Notes under the pieces: generated by a model
What the model saw: the letters and a program-made list of their open reading frames with translations, nothing else
Databases searched by the model: none
What the model was told of the DNA's origin: nothing
Translations under genes and position numbers: made by a program
Shown here: positions 39,143 to 47,893 of the stretch, piece after piece
How positions within the stretch are numbered: position 1 is the stretch's first letter
How the letters are laid out: every line of letters starts with the position of its first letter
IMG/VR virus record: IMGVR_UViG_3300028045_000013
Location: 1,263-65,262 of that record
Length of the DNA: 64,000 nt
DNA from: a virus
Lineage: Duplodnaviria; Caudoviricetes
Direction: 5' to 3' (one strand)

Positions 39143-40267
39143 CTAGTCATCATAGAAGTCGTCGTCATCATCTCCTACTTCGTCATCATCGTCATCGTCA
39201 TCGTCATCACTTCCAGCTTCTAATGCTTCTTGGATCGCATCTCTTATATCTTCTTCATCCCATTTCTTCTTAACAGTAATATCCAACTCCTCTTCTTTAA
39301 TATACTGTTTCAATTCCTTTCTATTCATAGCATCTAGATCGACAGTAGGATCATCATCGTCTTCATCCCCTTCGTCATCGTCATCATTACTAACATCGCC
39401 ATAATCTAAATCATCGTCATCATCTATTTCAGATGTAGTATCTAGATCATCATCATTATCATCATTATCAAGGATGATACTATTAATTTCTTTATAGGGC
39501 AGAATCTCTAGAAACTCCATAGGATCTTGAAGTTCTTCAATCAAGTCATCGTCAATTACAGGGAGTCCTTTCTTACGTTCTTCTAAAGATACTTTACCTA
39601 CATCAGAATAAACGTTCCCTCTATATGTTTCCTTTTTAAACTGAATCTTCACTACACATCCTTCTTCTGGATCAGCTAAGAGAACAGGATTGAAAGGGAA
39701 CTCTTCTTTATCTTCATACTCTTCACTTTTAATCTCTAGGTCTAGTTTTTTCCCAAATAGATGCTGGGAAAAATCTAAGACCCTTACTGTAAGTTCCTTT
39801 GTTTTCTTCCATTCTGCAATATCAATCACATAATAGATCTCACGTTTACTAGAAGCGAACGCTTTCAAAAGTTCTGGATTAGAACCCGCTAATTCATCCT
39901 TCAATTTATTATACATATCATTAATAGGACATTTCTTTCCTATAGAAGTAAGGCTGACTACTTTCTTATTCTCAGAACCTAAAGAAGCACGTCTATAGTT
40001 AGCACGATACCAAAGATCACCTTCAGCTTCTACTTCCCTACTAAACTTCCCTGTCATTCCTGTATAGAAAGGAACAATTATGAATCTATAGGTCGCTGTT
40101 TCTTTCTTCTCTGCATATTCAGGTTTGAAGAATTCTATGTCTGAAGGAAGTTTAATGTAGTCCCATCCTCCTCCACCTCCTGCTTTACCTCTTTCTACAT
40201 TAGCTGCTACTTTATCTGCATTGAATCTAGCTTTACGTTTGTTTTTATTTCCTTTTGTCTTTTTCAT
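39143..40267 (-). CDS. Single-stranded DNA-binding protein (T4 gp32-like) with acidic tail and HeH-like module
   Basis: YRF.IVPF, KCPI, YYVID, DPEEG..V.I; very acidic C-terminus; lies between recA and the uvsY-like gene. Confidence 0.75.
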   Translation of the reverse strand: MKKTKGNKNKRKARFNADKVAANVERGKAGGGGGWDYIKLPSDIEFFKPEYAEKKETATYRFIIVPFYTGMTGKFSREVEAEGDLWYRANYRRASLGSENKKVVSLTSIGKKCPINDMYNKLKDELAGSNPELLKAFASSKREIYYVIDIAEWKKTKELTVRVLDFSQHLFGKKLDLEIKSEEYEDKEEFPFNPVLLADPEEGCVVKIQFKKETYRGNVYSDVGKVSLEERKKGLPVIDDDLIEELQDPMEFLEILPYKEINSIILDNDDNDDDLDTTSEIDDDDDLDYGDVSNDDDDEGDEDDDDPTVDLDAMNRKELKQYIKEEELDITVKKKWDEEDIRDAIQEALEAGSDDDDDDDDDEVGDDDDDFYDD

Positions 40268-40324
40268 GTATTATCTCTTTCTGTTGAGGTTTGTTTGTCC
40301 TTTTTAATAAGATGATAGTCCCTA

Positions 40325-40726
40325 CTAGGATTCATGATAATAGCCTGTAGAATGTAATTTCACTAAGTTATCTAACATAGCTCTTCTTTGCAATAGTGTA
40401 TGAACTCCATTCTCTGCTAACTTAACTGAACTAAGTATTCTGCTTTTCTTTCTACCCAGTTCTATATACTTCATAGACTTTCTGTATGTAGCTTCTGATA
40501 CAGCCACTCCTAGACCTTCCTCTTTTCCTTGAATCACCATTTCAGCTTTGTATCTAGTTAATGCATGTTCTACCCTTCTAAGATTAGCCTCTGCCAAAGC
40601 CAGACGTTTAGACCACTTAACATATAAGAAGGTCTGTCTACAACACTCTTCATCTAGATTGTTCTTATCTATCTGAGCATCTTTTTTTAATTCTTGGTAG
40701 TGTCTATCTAGCTTATCCTTATTCAT
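40325..40726 (-). CDS. UvsY-like recombination mediator
   Basis: D.QID..NLD.E...Q..LY..W; coiled coil of about 130 aa next to SSB. Confidence 0.65.
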   Translation of the reverse strand: MNKDKLDRHYQELKKDAQIDKNNLDEECCRQTFLYVKWSKRLALAEANLRRVEHALTRYKAEMVIQGKEEGLGVAVSEATYRKSMKYIELGRKKSRILSSVKLAENGVHTLLQRRAMLDNLVKLHSTGYYHES

Positions 40727-40731
40727 TTCCT

Positions 40732-41667
40732 TTATTTCCTTTTTGTCATCTCCGCTTCATAGAAAGCTAAGGCCATACTATCTATCCCACAAGAGAAAGG
40801 TTCATCAAAACAAACCATTATCTTAGGGGCTTTAGATACCATATAGTTTCCTTTTAATAAACAAGATCCAAAGTAGCGCATTACTGTTCTTCGTATAGAC
40901 TCAGGCTCTTCTTTGCAAGCTCTTATTTTAGCAGCTAGAGTAGTCCAGTCTTGCTTCCCATTTGCTAGGTGTCTACACAAGTCTATTATCTCTGGATTCT
41001 CTATCATAGAATCTATACTTTGGATGTGCTTTAGGATCTCTTCTACTCCATCTGAAGTATCCAATCCTAGCACACTCTCAAGAATTGTCAATGCTTTTCT
41101 TGAAGATCCACCAGCCTTAGCTATGATGGCTTCTACAACCTCTTCCTCTAACTCTTCCTCTTCCCCCTCAACAACTCTTTCAATTACAGCTGTCATAGAT
41201 TCACTGTCTAGTAATTCACAGTTAAATACTACACACCTATCTTTAATCCCTTTTCTTATGTTTTTAGGATCTGTAGTACATATAACCAAGAAGGTAGTAT
41301 TGTACTCTTCTTCTAGGGGTTTTAGTAGTAAGTCCTGTGTAGGTTTAAGAAGTGCATGAAACTCATCCAAGACAACCATTTTATATTCATCCCCTAAAGG
41401 ACGTACTCCTAAAGAATCTGCAATACCTCTGAAGGACTCCATTGATCTATCTTTTCCACAATTGATTTCAGTATAGCAATGTTTAATCTCTAGATACTCT
41501 CTTATGATTCTAGCGAATGTAGTCTTCCCTGTACCATAATCTCCTGTGAACATAAAGACTCTAGGCATAGTATCTACATCTTCAAAGTATTTATCTAGCA
41601 TAGTCTTAATGTGAGTGTTACCTTCTATATCTTCTAGTTCCCCCGGTCGATAATCATTGTATAGCAT
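40732..41667 (-). CDS. Clamp-loader AAA+ ATPase (DnaX gamma/tau-like)
   Basis: LY..YRP..L.D..GN, G..GTGKTT, DEFH.L....Q..LLK.LEE, TT.P..I...IKDRC, GS.RKAL..LE. Confidence 0.9.
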   Translation of the reverse strand: MLYNDYRPGELEDIEGNTHIKTMLDKYFEDVDTMPRVFMFTGDYGTGKTTFARIIREYLEIKHCYTEINCGKDRSMESFRGIADSLGVRPLGDEYKMVVLDEFHALLKPTQDLLLKPLEEEYNTTFLVICTTDPKNIRKGIKDRCVVFNCELLDSESMTAVIERVVEGEEEELEEEVVEAIIAKAGGSSRKALTILESVLGLDTSDGVEEILKHIQSIDSMIENPEIIDLCRHLANGKQDWTTLAAKIRACKEEPESIRRTVMRYFGSCLLKGNYMVSKAPKIMVCFDEPFSCGIDSMALAFYEAEMTKRK

Positions 41668-42026
41668 GAAAGATCCTCTGTTAAAAATTGAGTGATTGTA
41701 ATTTGTTCTAATAACTGATTCTGTAGTCTATGTAATGAAGACAATTTTAGAGAACCATAAGAAGGTGGTTTGATAAAGAGATGATTCACAGAAGCAACAC
41801 TAAGTACATCTAATAGACAACTTAAAGTGTAACCTCCTTTAGTTCCTCTTTCACCTTGGATTAGACCCCCTCTTACTAAACTGTCTAAGATTCTCTTTGT
41901 AGAGGCTATATGCCTTGATCTAGATGTATTATTTTCATGAATATCATGCGCAGTACAAGACACAGACTTCTCATTAAGGAAGTCCAATATCTCTATTGCT
42001 TTTATAGTACTTGAAGCTATGTTCAT
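41634..42026 (-). CDS. Rrf2-family winged-HTH regulator
   Basis: IL..L.R.GLI...RG..GGY.L; start moved to MNIASST (AAGGAG RBS). Confidence 0.8.
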   Translation of the reverse strand: MNIASSTIKAIEILDFLNEKSVSCTAHDIHENNTSRSRHIASTKRILDSLVRGGLIQGERGTKGGYTLSCLLDVLSVASVNHLFIKPPSYGSLKLSSLHRLQNQLLEQITITQFLTEDLSCYTMIIDRGN

Positions 42027-42195
42027 CCTGCTCCTTCTAATTTCTATTTCAACTAAACTCTTTATTGCATAATGATCAAAAATCACATGCCCTCTTTTCC
42101 TTCTCATATAGAAAAGATACTTAATGGGGATTTGACAAATAGCCATATTAGTATATCTACCAATCCCCATTTCTGTTTTAGATAGATAATTGTGT

Positions 42196-42465
42196 TTATT
42201 GTTTATCATCGTGGTATCTGAAAGAAGTATTTAGTAGGATTGGATATACTAATTCAGAAACTATACTCCGATACAATACGTTCTCTTTTAAATCTAGTAC
42301 CATAAGTAAGGGGTCTATATTATCTTCTGGTTGCAAACTAAGGTTCCTACTTTCTACAACTATATAAGGATTCTCCTGTAGCTGGAATAGGAAGCCATCT
42401 CCTACAGCTAATGTCTCTAGCCTAACAGTCCCAGGTATCTTTTCTCTTTTATCTACTATTTTCAT
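42196..42465 (-). CDS. Hypothetical protein
   Basis: AGGA RBS; LETL.VGD.F pattern. Confidence 0.65.
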   Translation of the reverse strand: MKIVDKREKIPGTVRLETLAVGDGFLFQLQENPYIVVESRNLSLQPEDNIDPLLMVLDLKENVLYRSIVSELVYPILLNTSFRYHDDKQ

Positions 42466-42475
42466 ATTCTATATC

Positions 42476-43819
42476 CTATTGTTTATCATACCAACTACCA
42501 TCTATAGGGCTTTGTTCTATATCTACTTCTAAAGGAACAATAATCCAAGGAAACCTTTTCCTAATATCTACAGACATTACTTGTTTCATTTTCTCTATTA
42601 TATAATCTTTCTCTGGAGGGTATATATCCCATAGAATACTATCATGTACCTGTACTATAGGATATGATTTAAGTCTATGTCTTTTCCTCCATGCATTAAG
42701 TTCTACAAGACACCACAATAACCAATGATATGCAGATCCTTGTATAGGATAATTAGACACCTGTTTCTTATCTAGTAATCCTTGAACAGTAAATCCAGTA
42801 AGTGTATGTAGATATCCTTTCTTTAGGTACTCAGCCCACAAGTCATCTCTCCATTGATTATACACATAGAACCTTTCAGTCCAGAAGTCATATTCCACTC
42901 CTTCCATATGTTTTATAAACTGTTCTAATGAGTCTATCCCTTTCCTTCTAAGGTGCCTTTTCAACTTAACCCCAGAACTAGTTTTTAAAGACATAGTATC
43001 TATAGCTTCCCACATGTTAGTAGCACAAGGCTGATACCAGTCTCCATAGAACTGAGGGAATACAAACATATTCTTACCACAGTATCTAGTATTTTTAGAA
43101 ACTTCATCTGGTGGAAGTAGATAACATTCAGAAGCCATGTCCCTATGCATGTCTGTAGTAGGATCAGTGATGTATTTAATCATCATAGGATCTTTATGAT
43201 AACAAGCGCCGCACTTTACTTCATTACCTGAAAAGTCAACCTCTAATAGGAGGTTCCCTTTTCTGGCTTTAAACCCTTTACGGACTATGGCTTTAACCTC
43301 TTCATTTCGAACAGGGATGTTCTGCAAGTTAGGACCTTGCGAAGAGGATCTATAAGAAGATACTAGGAGATTACTAAAGGATGGGTGTAATACATATTCC
43401 CCATCTCTATGAACTACTTGCCTTAATATACCTATTATGTATGTTGATAATGTTTTCTCTAACTTCCTGATATGTAGTAACTGTTCTGGAAACTCTCCTT
43501 TAAAAGAGGCTAGTACTTTTTCATCTACACTCCTTCCTTTTACTTGTGTATAGTTTAAATCATCGAATAATGCCTTCCCTAGTTTCTTAGAGGAAGTAAA
43601 TCCATCCTGTCCATATTTCTTATGAATGAACTTCCCTTCATCTGTTTTCAGGATCTTAGCATATAGAAGTTTAAGAGTCATAGAAAGTTCATCTGCTTTA
43701 AACTTGAAATGTTTGACATCTATTCTAATACCGTTCATTTCCATATCTGAAAAAGCAAGTCCCCCAGAAGCCATTAAATCATAACCCTCTTTACTATTTG
43801 GATTATACTTAATATTCAT
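42476..43819 (-). CDS. Family A DNA polymerase, polymerase subunit (split gene)
   Basis: ME.NGI.ID, RSSS..PNLQNIP.R, motif A VDFS..E, D.H, motif B R..GK...F...YG, NYPIQGSA, motif C QVHDS. Confidence 0.95.
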   Translation of the reverse strand: MNIKYNPNSKEGYDLMASGGLAFSDMEMNGIRIDVKHFKFKADELSMTLKLLYAKILKTDEGKFIHKKYGQDGFTSSKKLGKALFDDLNYTQVKGRSVDEKVLASFKGEFPEQLLHIRKLEKTLSTYIIGILRQVVHRDGEYVLHPSFSNLLVSSYRSSSQGPNLQNIPVRNEEVKAIVRKGFKARKGNLLLEVDFSGNEVKCGACYHKDPMMIKYITDPTTDMHRDMASECYLLPPDEVSKNTRYCGKNMFVFPQFYGDWYQPCATNMWEAIDTMSLKTSSGVKLKRHLRRKGIDSLEQFIKHMEGVEYDFWTERFYVYNQWRDDLWAEYLKKGYLHTLTGFTVQGLLDKKQVSNYPIQGSAYHWLLWCLVELNAWRKRHRLKSYPIVQVHDSILWDIYPPEKDYIIEKMKQVMSVDIRKRFPWIIVPLEVDIEQSPIDGSWYDKQ

Positions 43820-45029
43820 AATGTAGCTCCTTCATCATATCTCTTCCTAACCTATAGGTGATTAAAGAATCCATAGCCCCATAGAATAACAGAGAACCTC
43901 TAGGAGCATTGTGTATATTGTTAATAGCATTATCTCCATAGTTCTCTGTTTCCACATCTTCAGGGACTAGATACTTAGACATGTGTTTATCATATTCAAA
44001 TATACCATACCTTCTAAAAGCTTGGAATTTAATAGAACATATTGCTTTCCTATTATCTAATAGATGTTGAGCTAGCACCACATCAAATACAAGACCATTT
44101 ACATTTACTCCTAGATCCTGTTTAGCCCATTTATATTCAAAGCCATTATTAGCTGCTATCTTCGGAATGTTTCTATTTGTTAAGAATCTCCTTATAAGTG
44201 GTTTTAAGCTATCATACATCAGAAACGAATACGAACACGTATCAGAAGGTGCAATGCTCAGAGAGACAATCCTATGACCTTCTGCATATGGTTTCAAACC
44301 TGTTGTTTCAAAGTCAAAGGCTACATAGTCTGTAAACTCTCTATCTTCAACTATTTTAGCTAGTATCTTCAAAGCTCCTAGTTCATCTACTACAATGCAG
44401 TAATCCCTTATATGATTTGTCCAGTCTGGTAATGGTAAATCTGTATACTTCATACAGGCTGTCATATCTTTTCTAAGTAATACTAACTCTAACTTCTCTA
44501 CATCCTTATAGGTATTACCATTACCTGTGATCGAATCTTTGGTAGGTTTTGTTACTACAGATACCCATACATTATTCTGCTTATCTGGAAAGGTATAACC
44601 TCTCACTCTTTCATAGCAGTACTTCTTCTCATACCTTTCTGCCATATACATTCTATAGGACGTTAAGCCTAATGCAATGACTTGTGTGAATTCACCATCA
44701 TCTAATAGTTTCTTCATTACAGAATGACAATGCATTACTCTAGTGTTATAATCCTTCTCATTTTCTATAGCACCTTTACACATGACATCATGCATAATAT
44801 AGTAATTATCAATACTGTGTTTCTTAAACCAACTGGAAACCCATTGTTTATATATCTTAGAACGTGGACAGATGACTAATATCCTAGCATCTTTAGGAGC
44901 AGGAGGAAGCTTAAGGAAATTCTTCTTCTTTTTCCTACCTACAGGACAATTAAAACAATCTGTCTTACCCTTCTTTTTCTTCGGGGATACTGCCATCGGA
45001 TTCTTCTTCTCGAATAGAGGATGTTTCAT
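43809..45029 (-). CDS. Family A DNA polymerase N-terminal subunit: UDG family-4-like domain plus 3'-5' exonuclease
   Basis: CFNC...C...C, VIALG, RG; Exo I FDFETTGL, Exo II N..FE, Exo III YGAMDS. Confidence 0.88.
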   Translation of the reverse strand: MKHPLFEKKNPMAVSPKKKKGKTDCFNCPVGRKKKKNFLKLPPAPKDARILVICPRSKIYKQWVSSWFKKHSIDNYYIMHDVMCKGAIENEKDYNTRVMHCHSVMKKLLDDGEFTQVIALGLTSYRMYMAERYEKKYCYERVRGYTFPDKQNNVWVSVVTKPTKDSITGNGNTYKDVEKLELVLLRKDMTACMKYTDLPLPDWTNHIRDYCIVVDELGALKILAKIVEDREFTDYVAFDFETTGLKPYAEGHRIVSLSIAPSDTCSYSFLMYDSLKPLIRRFLTNRNIPKIAANNGFEYKWAKQDLGVNVNGLVFDVVLAQHLLDNRKAICSIKFQAFRRYGIFEYDKHMSKYLVPEDVETENYGDNAINNIHNAPRGSLLFYGAMDSLITYRLGRDMMKELHYEY

Positions 45030-45450
45030 TATACCATTCTCCAAAATGTTGCAACTTGTCACGTAATACTGATTTAGAAATAGGAACAAAGTATTGCGCT
45101 CCAGCTTTCCCTTCTGTTTTTATAAGATCCTTTTTCTTCAGTGTTCTAATAAGGTAATTTACAGAAGTAAAAGGGATTCCCATTAACCTTTCAAAATCTC
45201 TCTTATTGAACTTCTCAGGTCGATTTTTCATTATGTACCTAAGATATGTTTCTACATTAGCTTTTAAAGCGTGTTCTCTTTTAGGTTTCCTTCTCAGTTT
45301 TGCAGCTGCTTCTATTTCTTTACGTTCTATATCATGACACTTGGAGCATAGTTTATCTTCTAGTAAAGCCCACTTATATTTTAAACACCTTCTACATTGA
45401 AATTTTTTCACATCTATTCTCCTCTTTCCGCATGTAAAGCAAATCCCCAA
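44965..45450 (-). CDS. Zinc-finger plus winged-HTH protein
   Basis: CFTC/CRRC/CSKC and C-terminal ..MGIP..SV...I..L.K..LI...G. Confidence 0.6.
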   Translation of the reverse strand: MGICFTCGKRRIDVKKFQCRRCLKYKWALLEDKLCSKCHDIERKEIEAAAKLRRKPKREHALKANVETYLRYIMKNRPEKFNKRDFERLMGIPFTSVNYLIRTLKKKDLIKTEGKAGAQYFVPISKSVLRDKLQHFGEWYNETSSIREEESDGSIPEEKEG

Positions 45451-46145
45451 TAATTCCCATCTTGTTCCATAATTAAAGGTTCATCTTCTGCTAAGTAGAA
45501 AGTAATGTCAGAAGAACCTATTAATGCCAATACACTTTTTATACGTTGACTTGGATATGTATTTTGATATGCAGTTTCACTTTTTAGTTTATTTAACTTT
45601 GTACTAAATCCTGTACTCTTCCCACTTTCTGATTGAACCCACAATCTTTTTTTAGTTATCTTAGTTATAAAACATGAACATTCTGTAGCATCTAGATAGG
45701 AAATTAAATCTGCTATATCATCACTTCCTACAACTACAGTTTGATAATTAGATAAGGAGTCTTCATCTATTAAGTTCCCAGCTACTGAAGGTACTTGGTT
45801 TACTTCTAACATTGAGAATATTAATTCCCCTTTTCTGCTCTGCCTTATGACTTTAAATGTTCCTGCTTCATCATCTAAAGTAATAGTGAATGCTCTTTTG
45901 TCTCCTGATAGGTATTTGAGTAGTTTAGGGATTTCACCAAACCTCATAGGGACTTCATCTTCTATCTCAGAATCTATAGGAAGATAACACATAGAGAAAG
46001 CAAGCTGGGGATCATCTACACAAGCAGCGGCTAAACAATCCCCTTGCGCTCGGATTTCAACTTCACTTATAATCCCTGCGAATGTTAATTTTTTTAGAAA
46101 CGTAGCAAAGCCTACTCCACTTTCTACGTTGAATGAATACTTCAT
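45414..46145 (-). CDS. PCNA-like DNA sliding clamp
   Basis: 243 aa; alternating alpha/beta pattern F.KKL....I.EV.I.....L....VD.....F....L and Y....I..VL.......ITF.L..D.PL.M; lies beside the polymerase and clamp-loader genes. Confidence 0.7.
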   Translation of the reverse strand: MKYSFNVESGVGFATFLKKLTFAGIISEVEIRAQGDCLAAACVDDPQLAFSMCYLPIDSEIEDEVPMRFGEIPKLLKYLSGDKRAFTITLDDEAGTFKVIRQSRKGELIFSMLEVNQVPSVAGNLIDEDSLSNYQTVVVGSDDIADLISYLDATECSCFITKITKKRLWVQSESGKSTGFSTKLNKLKSETAYQNTYPSQRIKSVLALIGSSDITFYLAEDEPLIMEQDGNYWGFALHAERGE

Positions 46146-46174
46146 AGTTTACCTCAACTATAAACATTAGGATT

Positions 46175-46213
46175 AAAAAATAAGCAGAATAGAGAATACT
46201 CCCTACCCTGCTA
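46175..46213 (-). terminator. Rho-independent terminator
   Basis: AGCAGGGTAGGGA/TCTCTATTCTGCT stem with G-U pairs followed by TATTTTTT. Confidence 0.8.
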
Positions 46214-46244
46214 TGTAACTAAACCAGTTTTTGTTATTTACTAG

Positions 46245-47363
46245 TTATACGAGTTTTGCTTCACGACATTTCAATTTGCCGTTCTTCATTTTCTTAATCT
46301 CAAGACCCTTCTTCTCTAGGTTCTTAATATGCATTGTTAGTGCAGAACTCCTAGAAGATTCAGACTTGATATCTTTTCCATTATCTTCCTGCCATTCACC
46401 AATAGCATCGATGATGTCAGATTTCATAGAACCTTTAAAGATAAGATCATCCATCAGTGCTGCTTGACTTCCTGCTGTATGACCATAACGGCTCTTCTTA
46501 CCTGCTTTCTTAGTAGGTTTAGTTACTACCTCTTTAGCTTTTTTAGCTGAGGATTTAGCTTTACCTTTTTTAGGAGCAGGTTTTTCATCTTCTACATCTT
46601 CAGAAGCTACTTCATAGATAGCTTGTCGGAATGCATCGATGTCCTTAAAATAAGGCTGCTTCTTATTATACTTCAGACCTTTGAGTTCGTTCTCATCTCT
46701 ATAGTCTTTCAGTTCTTGAATAGTAGAGAGTTCATCTAACTCATCTTGCAGAGGATCACTGTCGTCATCATCTTCTTCTACATCTTCTAGATCATCCTCG
46801 TCATCCTCATCTTCTAGATCATCCTCGTCATCTTCATCTTCTAGATCATCCTCATCTTCTTCTACTACCTTCTTAGCTTTCTTTTTCTTGGATGCAGCTT
46901 TCTTCTTAGAAGGTTTAGGGGCTTCCTCTTCTTCCTCATCTTCATCCCCGTCTTCATCCTCATCTAATTCGTCTTCATCCTCATCTTCTTCTACTTCTAC
47001 CTTCTTGGCTTTCTTCCCTTTCCCTTTTCCTTTACCTTTCTTAGGTTTAGGAGCTTCTTCTTCTTCCTCTTCCTCTTCAGGTTGTGTAAACCCTAGAACT
47101 TCTAGCACTTCCCATGTATTAGTGTGAAGACCAAGATCTACATCTTCCTCAATAATCTCTTGTTCTACCATAGCAGCTTTCTTCAGTGCTTTCTTCAGTG
47201 CAGGGAAAGGAAGATCTACATCAATCTCACAATCCAACACTTCATTAAGATCTACAGCAGCTGCAATCATATGCAGGTGTTTAGCAGGTACTTTCTTTTT
47301 AGAAGCTTTACTGTCATTACTTTTCTTACTACTAGTCTTTTTACTATTTTTCTTCAGTGCCAT
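46245..47363 (-). CDS. Charge-block low-complexity protein with small helical domains
   Basis: Alternating Lys-rich and Asp/Glu-rich tracts, HeH-like and C-terminal HTH-like modules; strong RBS and its own terminator. Confidence 0.85.
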   Translation of the reverse strand: MALKKNSKKTSSKKSNDSKASKKKVPAKHLHMIAAAVDLNEVLDCEIDVDLPFPALKKALKKAAMVEQEIIEEDVDLGLHTNTWEVLEVLGFTQPEEEEEEEEAPKPKKGKGKGKGKKAKKVEVEEDEDEDELDEDEDGDEDEEEEEAPKPSKKKAASKKKKAKKVVEEDEDDLEDEDDEDDLEDEDDEDDLEDVEEDDDDSDPLQDELDELSTIQELKDYRDENELKGLKYNKKQPYFKDIDAFRQAIYEVASEDVEDEKPAPKKGKAKSSAKKAKEVVTKPTKKAGKKSRYGHTAGSQAALMDDLIFKGSMKSDIIDAIGEWQEDNGKDIKSESSRSSALTMHIKNLEKKGLEIKKMKNGKLKCREAKLV

Positions 47364-47427
47364 GTCCTTTTCTCCTTTGGTTGACTTGACTAATTGTTTC
47401 TATCATACTATATGTACTATAAATTTT

Positions 47428-47655
47428 TTAAAGCGCTGCCTTATATTCTTCTAAACCTTTTGTACTTCGTTCTATATCTGTTTTTGTACGTTCTAAGCTT
47501 CCTAGAAGGATGTTCCGTCTTTTATTCTCATGTACTATGGAACTTTCACAGAAGGACAGTTCTCTTTGATCCTGCTTCAGATTAGCTTTCATCTGTGCAA
47601 TTCTACTTTCTTCTTGTGCTATCCATCTAGCCTTACTAGCTGCATAAGTATCCAT
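47428..47655 (-). CDS. Coiled-coil hypothetical protein
   Basis: AAGGAG RBS. Confidence 0.7.
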   Translation of the reverse strand: MDTYAASKARWIAQEESRIAQMKANLKQDQRELSFCESSIVHENKRRNILLGSLERTKTDIERSTKGLEEYKAAL

Positions 47656-47819
47656 ATGGTCTTTCTCCTTTGTTTTTTATTAACTATAAAATAAGTACAG
47701 TTGAGTTGCCCTCTTTGAATTGTTCTAACCGTTGCTTTTATATGTAGGAGTAATGATAAGGTGAGGTGTATGCTCTTCTACTTCTTAGAAGTAAGGCTTA
47801 CTGTAGGAAACCTAATTAA

Positions 47820-47889
47820 AAGAAAGACACCCACCTAGTGTAGAAAGTAAAGGAACTAAAAAAGACACTAGATGAATGTCCAACTGAAA
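47820..47889 (-). ncRNA. Candidate ~70-nt sRNA: one hairpin with an anti-SD loop and a U tail
   Basis: 16-bp stem GACAUUCAUCUAGUGU/ACACUAGGUGGGUGUC with 3 G-U pairs, loop CUUUUUUAGUUCCUUUACUUUCU, tail UUUCUUUU; promoter immediately upstream. Confidence 0.55.
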
Positions 47890-47893
47890 TCAA

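Noticed and set aside
38869-39171. 100-aa ORF between SSB and recA
   Set aside because: It starts inside the SSB Asp-codon run, crosses a terminator and a long hairpin, and has no RBS.
42476-45029. Intron or pseudogene explanation for the split polymerase
   Set aside because: The ORFs overlap with no intervening sequence, both keep catalytic motifs and the second has its own RBS; read-level confirmation is still advisable.
29159-45029. Uracil-, hmU- or Z-substituted genome
   Set aside because: dUTPase plus ThyX indicate ordinary dTTP supply; no purZ, hydroxymethylase or queuosine-pathway genes recognised.
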